From Polyangiales bacterium (GTDB taxonomy: Bacteria > Myxococcota_A > Polyangia > Polyangiales > Polyangiaceae), in contig JBBRNJ010000004.1 in assembly GCA_038230375.1 (NCBI GenBank), positions 1-64,000 on the forward strand: a stretch of 64,000 nucleotides of DNA. The letters are read 5' to 3'. The notes beneath the pieces are model-generated. The model was not told the DNA's origin and did not search any database. It saw only the letters and a program-made list of their open reading frames with translations. A program made the translations under genes and the position numbers. Shown here piece after piece: positions 63,455-64,000 of the stretch (positions are counted from its first letter, which is position 1; each line of letters opens with the position of its first letter).

Positions 63455-64000
63455 ATGCTCGACATCGCCTTCATCCGCCAGAACCCCGACGTTGTCCGCG
63501 CCGCGATCAAGAACAAGCGCCTCGACGGCTATGTGAACCTCGACGACCTTCTCGCGTCCGACACGAGCCGACGTGAGGTGATGACGCGCCTCGAGGCCAT
63601 GCGCGCGAAGAAGAACCAGGTGGCCGCTTCGATCCCGAAGGCGAGCAAAGAAGATCGCCCCAAGCTCATCGAGGAGGGCAAGGAGGCGAAGGCGGAGATC
63701 GAGAAGCTGGAGCCGGAGCTCGCCGTGCTCGCCGCGAAGTACGAGGACCTGCTCCTCCGCATCCCGAGCATCCCCCGACCCGAGGTCCCCGTTGGCGCCG
63801 GCGAGGCGGACAACGTGGAGGTCCGCAAGGTCGGCACGCTCCGCAAGTTCGACTTCGAACCGAAGGATCACGTCGCGCTGTGCGAGCTGCTTGGTCTTGC
63901 GAACTGGGAAGGCCCGCGCAAGTACGCAGGTGGCCGGAGCTACGCGCTCACGGGAAATGGCGCCCTCCTCGAGATGGCAGTCACACGCCTTGCGATCGAC
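63455..64000 (+). CDS. serS: Serine--tRNA ligase, 5' part (runs off the window)
   Basis: MLDIAFIRQNPDVVR, coiled-coil arm, LLRIPSIPRPEVPVGAGEADNVEVRKVG, FDFEPKDHVAL. Confidence 0.95.
   Translation, partial: MLDIAFIRQNPDVVRAAIKNKRLDGYVNLDDLLASDTSRREVMTRLEAMRAKKNQVAASIPKASKEDRPKLIEEGKEAKAEIEKLEPELAVLAAKYEDLLLRIPSIPRPEVPVGAGEADNVEVRKVGTLRKFDFEPKDHVALCELLGLANWEGPRKYAGGRSYALTGNGALLEMAVTRLAID

Noticed and set aside
61..63871. Long overlapping or antisense ORFs in the track (e.g. 2546..3985, 7408..8964, 17646..19343, 23222..24931, 48200..49927, 61288..63576)
   Set aside because: They are Arg/Ala/Pro-rich shadow frames expected at this GC content, lying on top of genes with recognisable motifs.
1..64000. 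CRISPR array or cas genes
   Set aside because: All tandem repeats are contiguous 6-, 15-, 30- or 33-bp units without unique spacers, and no cas-like ORF is present.

Overview
High-GC bacterial chromosome segment, about 52 protein genes. Gene content suggests a myxobacterium of the Polyangiales type (inference from eukaryotic-type Ser/Thr kinases, an FHA-GAF sigma54 activator, PEGA/TPR proteins and many lipoproteins with DGG/DAG-rich linkers). Confident calls: kdpD-kdpE (no kdpFABC in the window) divergent from a porin gene; rtcR divergent from rtcB-rtcA with a sigma54 promoter; tRNA-Cys(GCA); a cobalamin riboswitch; the 5' part of serS. There is no CRISPR array, prophage, transposase or intact reverse transcriptase. 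Main oddities: (1) an internally deleted group II intron with intact domains V/VI, whose last two bases form the AT of the candidate start codon of a transporter-HEAT gene; (2) eight dispersed (ACCTCG)n arrays that follow transcript polarity and are read as Thr-Ser/Thr-Pro when coding; (3) a compact B12 riboswitch ahead of two lipoproteins, one sharing an unrecognised 106-aa six-Cys domain with the last gene of a convergent 7-heme cytochrome operon; (4) a kinase-HEAT / dead HD-GYP / kinase module; (5) apparently leaderless promoters on many genes. Family names come from motif recognition by eye, not database searches. Many start codons were moved downstream of the ORF-track starts.
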